A model generated the notes under the pieces. It worked only from the letters and a program-made list of their open reading frames with translations. It ran no database searches and was not told the origin of the DNA. Both the position numbers and the translations under genes were made by a program. A DNA stretch of 64,000 nt from Novosphingobium sp. (GTDB lineage: Bacteria; Pseudomonadota; Alphaproteobacteria; Sphingomonadales; Sphingomonadaceae), in NCBI GenBank assembly GCA_050248535.1, contig JBFWSE010000002.1, positions 3,209 to 67,208 on the forward strand, read 5' to 3'. Below are positions 19,576 through 29,066 of this stretch, piece by piece; the stretch's first letter is position 1; the number at the start of each line of letters is the position of its first letter.

Positions 19576-20799
19576 TCATGCTGCGCTCGCGAGCGCGACG
19601 AGCCGCGCCTCGAAGCGGCGCAGGATGGCATCGCGCTGCCAGTGGCTGCGGGCCCGGGCGGCGGCGCCTGCGCCAAGACTTTCAGCCAGCGCCGGATCGT
19701 CGAGCAATCGCTCGATGGCCTTTGCGAATTTTACAGCATCGCCCGGCTCGGTGACGAGGCCGCAACCTTCCACTTCGGCGGCAAGCCCGGTGCCTTCCGA
19801 GGCCGTCGTCACGACCGGTCTGCCCGACAGCAGCATGTTGGTGAGCTTGGACGGCAGCACCAGATCGGCCGCGCCCGGAATCTGCGGCAGCAGATGGACC
19901 GAAGCCATGGCCAGCAGCCCGCCCATCCGTCCGGCCGGCTGCAAGCCATGCAACTGAACATTCGTCTGCCCGGCGCATTGCTCCTCCAGCCGCATCCGGC
20001 TGGGACCCTCGCCGCAAATGACAAAAACCAGATCCTCGCGAGCGGTGAGCAGCCGCGCGGTCTCGACCACCAGTTCGATACCCTGCTTGTTGGCGATATT
20101 GCCCGAATAGAGCGCGACATGGCGCGCGCCGATGTTCCATTCCTCGCGGTAACGCGCGGCCTCGGTCATATCGGGTTTGAACGAATCGTTTGCCCAGTTG
20201 CGAAGTTCGTAACTGCGCTCCGCGGCAATGCCCTTGGCCTGAAGCCGCGCCACCATCTGCGGGCTGATCGCCGATACGCAGCGCCCCAGCCCAAGCAGCC
20301 GCCGCTCCAGCCATTGCGCCAGCCGCGCGGTGAGGCCGGGCTTGAGCAACCCGGTGACGAAAGCGGCTTCCGCTTCGAAATCCTGCACGTGCACCCAGAG
20401 TTTCGCCCCGGCCAGTTTCGCCGCCAGCCAGGCCACGGGCACGCTCATGAGCGAAGGGGCCACCGTGAACACTGCGTCGGGCCGCTGCCGTCGCGCGGCG
20501 GCGCAGGCCGGGCCCAGCGCCGACAGCGAGAAGGAGAAAAGATGCGCCAGCCGCTTCAATCCACTTGGCTGCGACGGGATGTAGTGCCGGCAACGCCGCA
20601 CCCCGACGCCGTTTTCCACTCTGCGCGCGGACGGGCCGGAAACGCCATCGCGCCGCCGCCATTCGGGATAGTAGGGTTCACCCGCGACCACTTCGACGTT
20701 ATGGCCACAGCCTGCCAGCCATTCGCACAGTCCGGCCGTATACGGGCCGATGCCGACTTGCTCGGGCGCATAGTTGAGACCGACGACGAGCAGCTTCAC
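19576..20799 (-). CDS. wcaI: WcaI-family glycosyltransferase (GT4)
   Basis: GTG start 20799; GLNYAPEQVGIGPY, GEPYYPEW, VHVQDFE, LYSGNIANKQG, DLVLPSKL. Confidence 0.9.
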   Translation of the reverse strand: MKLLVVGLNYAPEQVGIGPYTAGLCEWLAGCGHNVEVVAGEPYYPEWRRRDGVSGPSARRVENGVGVRRCRHYIPSQPSGLKRLAHLFSFSLSALGPACAAARRQRPDAVFTVAPSLMSVPVAWLAAKLAGAKLWVHVQDFEAEAAFVTGLLKPGLTARLAQWLERRLLGLGRCVSAISPQMVARLQAKGIAAERSYELRNWANDSFKPDMTEAARYREEWNIGARHVALYSGNIANKQGIELVVETARLLTAREDLVFVICGEGPSRMRLEEQCAGQTNVQLHGLQPAGRMGGLLAMASVHLLPQIPGAADLVLPSKLTNMLLSGRPVVTTASEGTGLAAEVEGCGLVTEPGDAVKFAKAIERLLDDPALAESLGAGAAARARSHWQRDAILRRFEARLVALASAA

Positions 20800-20815
20800 G
20801 CCCCCAACACCCTGT

Positions 20816-21760
20816 TCATTCGCGCACTTCACCGGCGAGGAAGCGGCGATAGACATCGGCGATGCCATCTTCCAGCTTGATACGCGGGCGCCAGCCCATG
20901 GCCATGATCCGCCCGCTGTCCATCACCTTGCGCGGCGTGCCGTCGGGCCGGGAGCGATCGCATTCGATCCGCCCCGCGAACCCGACAATGCCCGCCACCA
21001 TTTCCGCCAGCGCGAGAATGGTCAGCTCGCGGCCCGAGCCGACGTTGATGTGGCTCTCCTCGCTGTAGTTCCGGAGCAGAAAGACGCAGGCCTCGGCCAG
21101 ATCGTCGACATGCAGCAATTCGCGCAAGGGCGCCCCCGTGCCCCAGATGGTCATAGCCTTTGCCCCGGCAAGCTTCGCCTCGTGCGCCTTGCGGATCAGC
21201 GCGGGCAGGACATGCGAGCTTTCGAGGTCGAAATTGTCGCCCGGGCCATAGAGATTGGTCGGCATGGCGCTGATGAAATCGCAGCCATACTGGCGGCGAT
21301 AGGCCTGGCACAGCTTGATCCCGGCGATCTTGGCAATGGCATACCACTGGTTGGTCGCTTCGAGCGGCCCGGTGAGCAGGGCCTCCTCGGTCATCGGCTG
21401 CACGGCATCGCGCGGGTAGATGCACGAAGAGCCAAGGAACAGTAGCTTCTCGACGCCGCAAGCCCGCGCCGCCTCGATCAGGTTGGCCTCGATCATCAGG
21501 TTATCGTAGATGAATTCGCCCGGCCGGCTGTCGTTGGCGCGAATGCCGCCGACCCGCGCGGCGGCGATCACGACACCTTGCGGGCGATTTTCCTCGATCC
21601 AGCCACGCACTGCCGCCTGTTCGCGCAAGTCGACGCCACGCGGTGCGGTCAGCACCTGGCAGTCTTCGCTGGCCAGCCGCCGCACCAGCGCCGAGCCGAC
21701 CATTCCCCGATGCCCCGCCACATAGATGCGCTTGCCGTGCAGCAGCCAGGGCGCGGCCAT
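20816..21760 (-). CDS. fcl: GDP-L-fucose synthase
   Basis: Start ATG 21760; VAGHRGMVGS, AARVGGI, LGSSCIYP, YAIAKIAG, MPTNLYGP, SHVLPAL. Confidence 0.95.
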   Translation of the reverse strand: MAAPWLLHGKRIYVAGHRGMVGSALVRRLASEDCQVLTAPRGVDLREQAAVRGWIEENRPQGVVIAAARVGGIRANDSRPGEFIYDNLMIEANLIEAARACGVEKLLFLGSSCIYPRDAVQPMTEEALLTGPLEATNQWYAIAKIAGIKLCQAYRRQYGCDFISAMPTNLYGPGDNFDLESSHVLPALIRKAHEAKLAGAKAMTIWGTGAPLRELLHVDDLAEACVFLLRNYSEESHINVGSGRELTILALAEMVAGIVGFAGRIECDRSRPDGTPRKVMDSGRIMAMGWRPRIKLEDGIADVYRRFLAGEVRE

Positions 21761-21762
21761 GG

Positions 21763-22827
21763 TCAGAACTGGCCGCCGACTGCGCCGCCGAGCAGCGCGG
21801 CCAGATCCGCCTCGACCATCTCGCGCGCCAGTTCGCGCGCGCTGGTTTCGTGCTTCCAGCCCAGCTGGCGGTGTGCCTTGCTCGCATCGCCGATCAGGAG
21901 ATCGACTTCGGCCGGGCGGAAATAGCGCGGGTCGATTTCGATCAGGCTCTTCCCGGTTTTCCGGCAAAGGCCCTGCTCGTCCGCCCCCTCGCCGCGCCAT
22001 TCGATCTCGATCCCGGCATCGGCAAAGGCCCACTCGGCAAACGTGCGCACCGATGTCGTCTCACCGGTCGCCAGCACATAGTCGTCCGGCTCGTCCTGTT
22101 GCAGCATCAGCCACATGCCGCGGACATATTCCCTGGCATGACCCCAGTCGCGCTTGGCATCGAGATTGCCGATGTAGAGCTTGTCCTGCCGCCCCTGCGC
22201 AATCGCGACGGCGGCACGGCTGATCTTGCGCGTGACGAAAGTTTCGCCCCGGATCGGGCTTTCGTGATTGAACAGGATGCCGTTCGAGGCATGCAGCCCA
22301 TAGGCCTCGCGGTAATTGACCGTGATCCAGTAGCCATAGAGCTTGGCGACGCCATAGGGCGAGCGCGGATAGAACGGCGTCTGCTCGTTCTGCGGCACCT
22401 GCTGGACCAGGCCATACATTTCCGAGGTCGAGGCCTGGTAGAAACGCGTCTTCTTCTCCAGCCCCAGAATGCGGATTGCTTCCAGCAGCCGCAGCGTGCC
22501 GAGGGCATCGGCATTGGCGGTATATTCGGGCGTCTCGAAACTCACCTGAACATGGCTTTGCGCCGCGAGATTGTAGATCTCGTCAGGCTGCACTTCCTGA
22601 ACCACGCGAATCAGGTTTGTGGCATCGGTAAGGTCGCCGAAATGCAGGCGGAAGCGCTGGTGTTCGACATGCGGGTCTTCGTAGATGTCCTCGATCCGCC
22701 CGGTGTTGAACGAGGATGAGCGCCGTTTGAGCCCATGGACTTCATAGCCCTGTTCCAGCAGCAGCCGCGCCAGATAGGCGCCGTCCTGCCCGGTAACCCC
22801 GGTGATAAGCGCAACCTTGCCCGCCAT
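21763..22827 (-). CDS. gmd: GDP-mannose 4,6-dehydratase
   Basis: [56 protein letters not shown]. Confidence 0.97.
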   Translation of the reverse strand: MAGKVALITGVTGQDGAYLARLLLEQGYEVHGLKRRSSSFNTGRIEDIYEDPHVEHQRFRLHFGDLTDATNLIRVVQEVQPDEIYNLAAQSHVQVSFETPEYTANADALGTLRLLEAIRILGLEKKTRFYQASTSEMYGLVQQVPQNEQTPFYPRSPYGVAKLYGYWITVNYREAYGLHASNGILFNHESPIRGETFVTRKISRAAVAIAQGRQDKLYIGNLDAKRDWGHAREYVRGMWLMLQQDEPDDYVLATGETTSVRTFAEWAFADAGIEIEWRGEGADEQGLCRKTGKSLIEIDPRYFRPAEVDLLIGDASKAHRQLGWKHETSARELAREMVEADLAALLGGAVGGQF

Positions 22828-22851
22828 CGGCTGTCCCCCGGTCCCCGCTGC

Positions 22852-23418
22852 TCAATTGCGCGTGGGGACGGAGAACGAACCGGTGACCCGGCCGCCACTG
22901 CCGCCCGATGTGCCGCCCAATGCCGGCGAAGAACCGGCGCCGCGGCCATCGACGCTGGAAATGCCGCTGTTGAGATCGATCGTCAGCCGGCCGCCATTGA
23001 GCGTGTCGCCGCCACGTCGCAGCGCCACGCCGCCAGCCAGGACAATCACCCGCCGGTTGAAATCGTAGACCGCGACATCGCCGCGCGCGGTTTCGCCACC
23101 GCGCGTTACCAGCACGCCGCCGGTTGCATCCATCCGCTGGATCTTGAGCCCGCCATCGTCGGTATAGGCCACGGTGGTGCGCCCGGCGTGCAGGCGCAAG
23201 TCGCCCTGGCTGATATCGACATTGCCCGAAAGAACCACGCGCTTCTGCTTGTCCTGCAGTTCGATCCGGTCGGCGGCATAATTGACCGGCGCGCCGGTGT
23301 TGTGCGCGCCGATGCCCTGGGCCGTGGCGTGCTGCATGGCCACCAGCGCCGCGCCGCCCGCGAAGCCCGCGAAGCCCGCGCGCCAGATCAGCGACTTCAA
23401 AGTGCGTTTCGCCATCAT
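22852..23418 (-). CDS. lptA: LptA/OstA-family periplasmic beta-jellyroll protein
   Basis: Signal peptide; ADRIEL, VVLSGNVDISQG, ATGGVLV, AVYD, LAGGVAL, GGRVTGSF. Confidence 0.88.
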   Translation of the reverse strand: MMAKRTLKSLIWRAGFAGFAGGAALVAMQHATAQGIGAHNTGAPVNYAADRIELQDKQKRVVLSGNVDISQGDLRLHAGRTTVAYTDDGGLKIQRMDATGGVLVTRGGETARGDVAVYDFNRRVIVLAGGVALRRGGDTLNGGRLTIDLNSGISSVDGRGAGSSPALGGTSGGSGGRVTGSFSVPTRN

Positions 23419-24059
23419 GGGATCCTCAGCTTGCCTTGCGTCATCCGCAGCCTGGCGCGTCCGACCAGCGCCACCGTGCGTTCATCGAGATCGGCGACTA
23501 TCTCTTCGGCGGAAAAAGTGCCAGCCGGAACCGCGCCCTCGATGCCGCCCGTTCCCGTCACCCGCTGGTCCCGGAGATCGACAGTCACCCCCCGGGTGGT
23601 CAGGCGATAGCCATCGGCGGCGGAAAATTCCACCGGCCCATCGATTTTCACAGTCTGCAAGTCGAAATTGTAAAGCCCGCCCGGCGCGGACAGCAAGGCG
23701 GGACCATCGCTCATTTCAATTGCGGCGCTCAGGCTTTCCATGCGTACCACCGGATCGCTCGCCTGCGCCTGCACCGCCGAGGCGGCGCTGAGCGCGAAAG
23801 GCCGGCCGTGGTTGTCTTCACCGCGGTATTTGGCATCGGCGACGCTGATGCGATCCTCGGCAATGGCGACCTTGTTGCGATCCAGCAGGAAGCTGATTTC
23901 GCCGCGCGGCGAGAGCGGGGCGAGAATCATCACCGCCGCCAGCATGCCGATTCCCGCGGGCAGCAGTGTCGACAGCACGCGAACCATCCGGTCGTGCTTG
24001 CCGCCCGGCAGGGCAAGCGAGACGCGCTTGGAGCGGACGATGTCGGCGGCTTGAGTCAT
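23415..24059 (-). CDS. lptC: LptC-family protein
   Basis: Single N-terminal TM; YRGEDNHGRPFALSA; between rnd and lptA; 4-nt overlap with lptA start. Confidence 0.85.
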   Translation of the reverse strand: MTQAADIVRSKRVSLALPGGKHDRMVRVLSTLLPAGIGMLAAVMILAPLSPRGEISFLLDRNKVAIAEDRISVADAKYRGEDNHGRPFALSAASAVQAQASDPVVRMESLSAAIEMSDGPALLSAPGGLYNFDLQTVKIDGPVEFSAADGYRLTTRGVTVDLRDQRVTGTGGIEGAVPAGTFSAEEIVADLDERTVALVGRARLRMTQGKLRIP

Positions 24060-24080
24060 GTCGGGCAGGAGCTCTGGCGG

Positions 24081-24704
24081 CTATGCGGATTCGTGGCTGA
24101 ATATGTCGTGATCGGGCCAGCCGGCCAGATCGAGCCGCGCGCGCGCGGGCAGGAAATCGAAACAGGCCTGGGCAATCTCGCTTCGGTGTTCGCGTGCCAG
24201 CCGTTCGACCAGAATCGTGTGCATGGCGTGCAAGTGGCGCACGTCCGATGCGGCATATTCGAGCTGCGCCTCGCTCAGCTCCGCCCCGCCCCAGTCGCTC
24301 GATTGCTGTTGCTTCGACAGTTCCTTGCCCAGCAATTCGCGGACCAGGTCCTTGAGCCCGTGCCGGTCGGTATAGGTGCGCACCAGCTTGCTGGCGATCT
24401 TGGTGCAGAACACCGGCGCCGCCACGACACCCATGTAATGCTCGATCGCGGCCAGATCGAACCGCGCGAAATGATAGAGTTTGAGCCGCGCGGGATCGGC
24501 CAGCACTGCCTTCAGGTTGGGCGCAGCGAACGTGCTTCCGGGCGAAAACCGCACCAGGTGCTCGTCGCCCCCGCCATCGGAAATCTGCACCAGGCACAGC
24601 CTGTCGCGCGGGGTGATAAGCCCCATGGTCTCGGTATCGACCGCGACGGGGCCGGGAGCGAGCACGCCCTCGGGCAGATCTTCTTCGTGGAGGTGGACAG
24701 CCAT
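24081..24704 (-). CDS. rnd: Ribonuclease D (short 3'-5' exonuclease form)
   Basis: Start moved to ATG 24704; AVDTETMGL, RLCLVQI, HFARFD, FCTKIASKL, QQSSDWG, YAASDV (DEDDy). Confidence 0.93.
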   Translation of the reverse strand: MAVHLHEEDLPEGVLAPGPVAVDTETMGLITPRDRLCLVQISDGGGDEHLVRFSPGSTFAAPNLKAVLADPARLKLYHFARFDLAAIEHYMGVVAAPVFCTKIASKLVRTYTDRHGLKDLVRELLGKELSKQQQSSDWGGAELSEAQLEYAASDVRHLHAMHTILVERLAREHRSEIAQACFDFLPARARLDLAGWPDHDIFSHESA

Positions 24705-24749
24705 ATGGCCTGAGTGCTTAGAGACAAGCGCACCTTGAGGGAAGTCCCG

Positions 24750-25436
24750 TTGGCCAATTCCGATGCAGTTCCGGATTCGTGGCGCCCGGCGCTCGAGCCA
24801 ATGCTCGCCACGCCACAGGCGCGAAAGCTCGGCGGTTTCCTCAAGGCCGAGGAAGCGGCAGGCAAGCAGATCTATCCACCGCGCGGCTCGCGGCTTGCCG
24901 CGCTCGAACTGACGCCGCTCGACAAGGTGAAGGTCGTGATCCTGGGGCAGGACCCCTATCACGGCCCCGGCCAGGCGCATGGCTTGTGCTTCTCGGTGCC
25001 CGAAGGCGAGAAAGTGCCGCCTTCGCTGATCAATATCTACAAGGAACTGGAAAGCGACCTTGGCCTGCCGCGGCCCGCGCACGGCAATCTGTCGAACTGG
25101 GCGCGGCAGGGCGTTCTGCTGCTCAACAATTCGCTGACCGTGGAACAAGGCCGGGCCGGTTCGCATGCGGGGCTGGGCTGGGAAGCAATCACCGATGCCG
25201 CCGTGGCGGCGGTAGCGGCAAAGGAAGAGCCCTGCGTATTTCTGCTATGGGGCAGCCATGCAAAGAACAAGGCCTTGCGCGTGCCCGGGCTGAACGGCGG
25301 CAGGCACCTGGTGCTCACTGCCCCGCACCCCAGCCCGTTGTCTGCGCATTCCGGGTTTCTCGGCTGCCGCCATTTCAGCCAGGCCAATGCGTTTCTGGAG
25401 ACCAATGGCCGGGGCATGGTGGACTGGCGGGTCTAG
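24750..25436 (+). CDS. ung: Uracil-DNA glycosylase family 1
   Basis: Probable TTG start 24750; [42 protein letters not shown]. Confidence 0.96.
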   Translation: MANSDAVPDSWRPALEPMLATPQARKLGGFLKAEEAAGKQIYPPRGSRLAALELTPLDKVKVVILGQDPYHGPGQAHGLCFSVPEGEKVPPSLINIYKELESDLGLPRPAHGNLSNWARQGVLLLNNSLTVEQGRAGSHAGLGWEAITDAAVAAVAAKEEPCVFLLWGSHAKNKALRVPGLNGGRHLVLTAPHPSPLSAHSGFLGCRHFSQANAFLETNGRGMVDWRV

Positions 25437-25954
25437 AACGGAATATCGTCGTCGAGATCGTCCGCCAGTCCGCGCGAGGAACCGCCACCAGAGCCACTAC
25501 CCCAGTCATTGCCGCCGCCGCTTCCGCTGCTACCGCCCGACGAGCGCTGGCCGCCTCCCCAGTCATTGCCGCCGCCCGAACGCTGGCCACCGCCGCCTCC
25601 GGGCGCGCCATCGAGCATGGTCAGCACTGCCCCGGGGCCTTGCAGCACGACTTCGGTGGAATACCGGTCATTGCCGCTCTGATCCTGCCATTTGCGCGTG
25701 CGCAGCTGGCCTTCGACGTAAACCTTGCTGCCCTTGCGCAAGTATCGTTCGGCGACCCCGGCGAGGCCTTCGGAGAAAATGGCGACGGAGTGCCATTCGG
25801 TGCGTTCCTGCTTTTCGCCGGTATTGCGATCTTTCCAGCTTTCGGACGTGGCGATCCTGATGTTGCAGACCTTGCCGCCATTCTGGAAGGTGCGCGTTTC
25901 GGGATCCGCGCCCAGATTGCCGATCAGGATGACCTTGTTGACGCTGCCTGCCAT
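25433..25954 (-). CDS. ssb: Single-stranded DNA-binding protein
   Basis: [25 protein letters not shown], Gly-rich linker, acidic tail DDDIPF. Confidence 0.98.
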   Translation of the reverse strand: MAGSVNKVILIGNLGADPETRTFQNGGKVCNIRIATSESWKDRNTGEKQERTEWHSVAIFSEGLAGVAERYLRKGSKVYVEGQLRTRKWQDQSGNDRYSTEVVLQGPGAVLTMLDGAPGGGGGQRSGGGNDWGGGQRSSGGSSGSGGGNDWGSGSGGGSSRGLADDLDDDIPF

Positions 25955-26047
25955 GGAATCGATTCTCGCCTTGTTATCGGCAAGGGCCTAATCGTTCGGA
26001 GGCGCAAGGGCCAGTGGAATGGTGACGGTTTTCCCCGTTCGGGGGGA

Positions 26048-26227
26048 TGGATTCACGCAAAGGCGCAAAGGCGCGAAGGCGCGAAGGCGCGAAGGCGCGA
26101 AGGTGTCGGGATTGCGGCGAAGCCGCTTGGACAACTCGCACTCCGCCCAAATCGCTACGGCCGGACAGATCCAAGGCCTTCGGCCAAGCGAAGCCCTTTC
26201 GTGCCTTTGCGCCTTTGCGCGAATCCA
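26048..26227. repeat. REP/MITE-like palindromic element with internal 8-nt tandem repeat
   Basis: Left arm TGGATTCACGCAAAGGCGCAAAGGCGCGAAGG is an imperfect reverse complement of right arm CCTTTCGTGCCTTTGCGCCTTTGCGCGAATCCA; AAGGCGC(G/A) x5 at 26060-26099. Confidence 0.75.
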
Positions 26228-26228
26228 A

Positions 26229-28073
26229 TCAGCCCAGCCCCAGCCACACTGCCGTCCAATAGGTGACTCCCGCCGCGATGTAGGCCAACGCAAACAGATA
26301 GCCGAGCATGAACACCGGCCATTTCCACCCATTCGTTTCACGCCGGGCAACCGCGATGGTCGAAAGGCACTGCGGCGCGAAGACGAACCAGGCGAGGAAG
26401 GCGAGCGCAGTCGGCAATGACCAGTGCGCCTTGAGCTGGGCGCCAAGGGCGCGGGCAGTAACGGCCTGATCGGGCGAATCAACGGCATAGGTGGTGGCCA
26501 GCGAAGAGACCGCCACTTCGCGCGCCGCCATGGCCGGGATCAGCGCCAGGGCAATGTCGCGGTTGAAGCCGATCGGTTCGACCACCACCGCCAGACCATT
26601 GGCCAGCTTGCCGGCGACCGAGGCATCGACCTGGCTTTCGCCCGGCGCGGCGCGCGGAAAATTGAGCAGCAGCCACAATACCACCGTCACCATGAAAATG
26701 ATCGTGCCGGCGCGCCGAAGGAAAATCCAGGCGCGCTGGAACAGGCCGAGCGCAAGGTCGCCAAGACGGGGAAGCTGATACTTGGGCAATTCCATGATGA
26801 AGCCCGAAGCCGCGCCCTGAGTGACCGAGCGGCGCAGCACCAGGGCAACCGCCATGGCGCCCAGAATGCCTGCGACGTAGAGCGCGAACAGCACCAGCCC
26901 CTGGAGGCCCACTCCCGCCGCGACCGTGCGGTTGGGAATGAAGGCGGCGATAATCACCGCATAGACCGGCAACCGTGCCGAGCAGGTCATCAAGGGCGCG
27001 ATCAGGATAGTGGTCAGCCGGTCCTTGGCATCAGCAATGCCGCGCGTCGCCATGATGCCCGGCACGGCGCAGGCGAAGCTGGAAAGCAGCGGAATGAAGC
27101 TGCGGCCCGACAGGCCGACACGCGCCATCATCCGGTCCATCAGGAAAGCCGCGCGCGCCATGTAGCCCGTGGACTCAAGGGCGAGGATGAAGAAGAACAG
27201 GATGACGATCTGCGGCAGGAACACCACGACCGAGCCGACGCCCGCCAGAATCCCGTCAGTCACCAGATCGCGCAGCAGGCCCGGCGTCATGAGGCGGCGC
27301 ACGTTCTCGCCCAGCCAGCCTACCGCGCCGTCAAGCGCATCGGCAAAGGGCGCTGCGCCGGCAAATACGGCCTGGAACACGACAAACAACAGCGCGAAGA
27401 GAATCAGCGGCCCCAACCAGGGATGCAGGAACAGCCGGTCGAGCCGCGAATGCAGCCGGTGCTCGCGAGTCTCGGCAAGTATCGCGCCGCGGGCAATGGC
27501 CTGGGCCGTAAGGCGGCGTTCGGCGTCGAGCACATGCGGATGGCGCGGTTCGGCCGCGCGCTCCTCGGCTGCGGCAATCGCCTGTGTCAGCACTTCGAGC
27601 CCGCGCCGGCGCACGGCGACAGTCGGCACCACCGGCACACCCAGTTCGCTCGCCAGCGCCGCCGGATCGATGGTGAGACCATCGCGCTCGGCCAGGTCCA
27701 GCATGTTGAGCGCGACGACTGTCGGCTTGCCCAGTTCGATCACTTCGAGGGCGAAAACCAGATGCTGTTCGAGATTGGAGGCATCGAGCACCACCACCAG
27801 TACATCCGGCGCCGCTTCGCCCGGCAGTTCGCCGAGAATGACCTTGCGCGTCACTTCCTCGTCGGGGCTGGTCGCGGCAAGACCGTAGCTGCCGGGCAAG
27901 TCGGTAAGTTCGACCGGTTCGCCCGAGGGCAGCACGAGCCGCCCCGCCTTGCGCTCGACTGTCACCCCCGGATAGTTGGCGATCTTTTGCCTTGCGCCGG
28001 TCAGCGCGTTGAACAGCGCGCTCTTTCCCGCATTGGGATTGCCGACCAGCGCGGCGGTGCGCCTCCGGGTCAT
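26229..28073 (-). CDS. feoB: Ferrous iron transporter B
   Basis: Start ATG 28073; GNPNAGKS, NYPGVTVE, DLPGSY, NMLD, gate domain SFACAVPG, CSARLP. Confidence 0.96.
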   Translation of the reverse strand: MTRRRTAALVGNPNAGKSALFNALTGARQKIANYPGVTVERKAGRLVLPSGEPVELTDLPGSYGLAATSPDEEVTRKVILGELPGEAAPDVLVVVLDASNLEQHLVFALEVIELGKPTVVALNMLDLAERDGLTIDPAALASELGVPVVPTVAVRRRGLEVLTQAIAAAEERAAEPRHPHVLDAERRLTAQAIARGAILAETREHRLHSRLDRLFLHPWLGPLILFALLFVVFQAVFAGAAPFADALDGAVGWLGENVRRLMTPGLLRDLVTDGILAGVGSVVVFLPQIVILFFFILALESTGYMARAAFLMDRMMARVGLSGRSFIPLLSSFACAVPGIMATRGIADAKDRLTTILIAPLMTCSARLPVYAVIIAAFIPNRTVAAGVGLQGLVLFALYVAGILGAMAVALVLRRSVTQGAASGFIMELPKYQLPRLGDLALGLFQRAWIFLRRAGTIIFMVTVVLWLLLNFPRAAPGESQVDASVAGKLANGLAVVVEPIGFNRDIALALIPAMAAREVAVSSLATTYAVDSPDQAVTARALGAQLKAHWSLPTALAFLAWFVFAPQCLSTIAVARRETNGWKWPVFMLGYLFALAYIAAGVTYWTAVWLGLG

Positions 28074-28083
28074 GCGCGCCGGC

Positions 28084-28323
28084 TCAGATCTGCTCGACCT
28101 GCATCGCGCTGGCATGGGCGCGGCGCAAGGCAACGGTCATGCGGCCGATAGTGACAGCCAGCGGATCGCGCCCGCCGAACACGCCGCGGTGGGCGACGGC
28201 CACTTCGGCGCCCTCATCGATCCCCAGTGCACGCAGCCGTTGCCCCTCCTCACCGGCAAGGCGCGGCCAATCGACCGCGACGATGCGGGCATGCTGGCCG
28301 ATCGGGAGTCTATCGAGCGTCAT
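28084..28323 (-). CDS. feoA: Ferrous iron transport protein A
   Basis: 79 aa; RLRALGIDEG, DPLAV, VALRR; directly upstream of feoB. Confidence 0.93.
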   Translation of the reverse strand: MTLDRLPIGQHARIVAVDWPRLAGEEGQRLRALGIDEGAEVAVAHRGVFGGRDPLAVTIGRMTVALRRAHASAMQVEQI

Positions 28324-28354
28324 GGGACCGAGCCGCTGCCATATGGACAGCGTA

Positions 28355-28373
28355 ATTGCAACTCATTCGCAAT
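28355..28373. promoter_or_regulatory. Putative Fur-type iron box upstream of feoAB
   Basis: 19-bp ATTGCAACTCATTCGCAAT with inverted ends ATTGC/GCAAT, 31 nt upstream of feoA start; AT-rich in GC-rich context. Confidence 0.7.
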
Positions 28374-28397
28374 AAATTGACCGAAGTCAAAGCCGGG

Positions 28398-29066
28398 TCA
28401 GGAAGCCGGGTAGCGCAACCGCCCGAGAAAGCGCGCCATGCTGAAGCGTTCATCGGCGGGCCGCAAAACCCGCGTCTTGGCTTTTTCGAAACGCATCACA
28501 CCTTCAAGGCGGCGGTCGAGGAAGGCGAGAGTTTCGGCCTTGCCCTCGCTCACGTCCCCGGCGAATACGGCCAGTGTCGAGGCATAGACTGCGGCCAGAA
28601 TTGTCCGTTTGGTATAGTGATTGAAATCGGTCGCCTTGTCTCCGGCCAGCCGCCACATGGCATCGGCGCTGTGCCAGCCCATTCGCAACGAGCGTGCTGC
28701 GTTTTGCGGCAGGGTCATGATCGAAAGCGCGCGGCGCAGGGCTTCCTCATGTCCCGAAATGGCTTCCAGCCGAAAACGCACCAGGGTCCGAATACGCTCG
28801 CGCACCGGCAGCTTGGACAGCGATTCGATCGAATGGGCCTGCGCCATGGCGAGGTCCACGGTTTCGATCCATGCAGCGATGGCGTCCATTGCGCCATGGG
28901 GAAATGCCAGCGCCGCGACATGCGGATCTACCCCTTCGGCCCGCGCCGCACTCTCAATTCCCGCAGCGCCCCAGCCATCGAAGGCGGCAGTATCGGCGAC
29001 GACCGGCGCCAGCGCCAGGCGCAATTCGTCGAGCGTAAGATCGGCCTGGCCACCCATCCCGGTCAA
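28398..29066 (-). CDS. COQ9-family protein
   Basis: AFDGWG, LAFPHGA, RERIRTLV, ADAMWRLAGDKATDFNHYTKRTIL, FLDRRLEGVMRFEKAK. Confidence 0.9.
   Translation of the reverse strand: MTGMGGQADLTLDELRLALAPVVADTAAFDGWGAAGIESAARAEGVDPHVAALAFPHGAMDAIAAWIETVDLAMAQAHSIESLSKLPVRERIRTLVRFRLEAISGHEEALRRALSIMTLPQNAARSLRMGWHSADAMWRLAGDKATDFNHYTKRTILAAVYASTLAVFAGDVSEGKAETLAFLDRRLEGVMRFEKAKTRVLRPADERFSMARFLGRLRYPAS

Noticed and set aside
24081-25166. 361-aa extended RNase D
   Set aside because: The N-terminal extension is antisense to ung; RNase D motifs begin at 24704
25500-25576. 20-nt direct repeat CCCCAGTCATTGCCGCCGCC, possible CRISPR-like
   Set aside because: Two copies encoding GGGNDWG in the SSB Gly-rich linker; no array or cas genes
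25955-26047. LexA box upstream of ssb
   Set aside because: Single GTTC half-sites only; no GTTC-N7-GTTC found
26424-28151. 575-aa plus-strand ORF
   Set aside because: Antisense shadow of feoB
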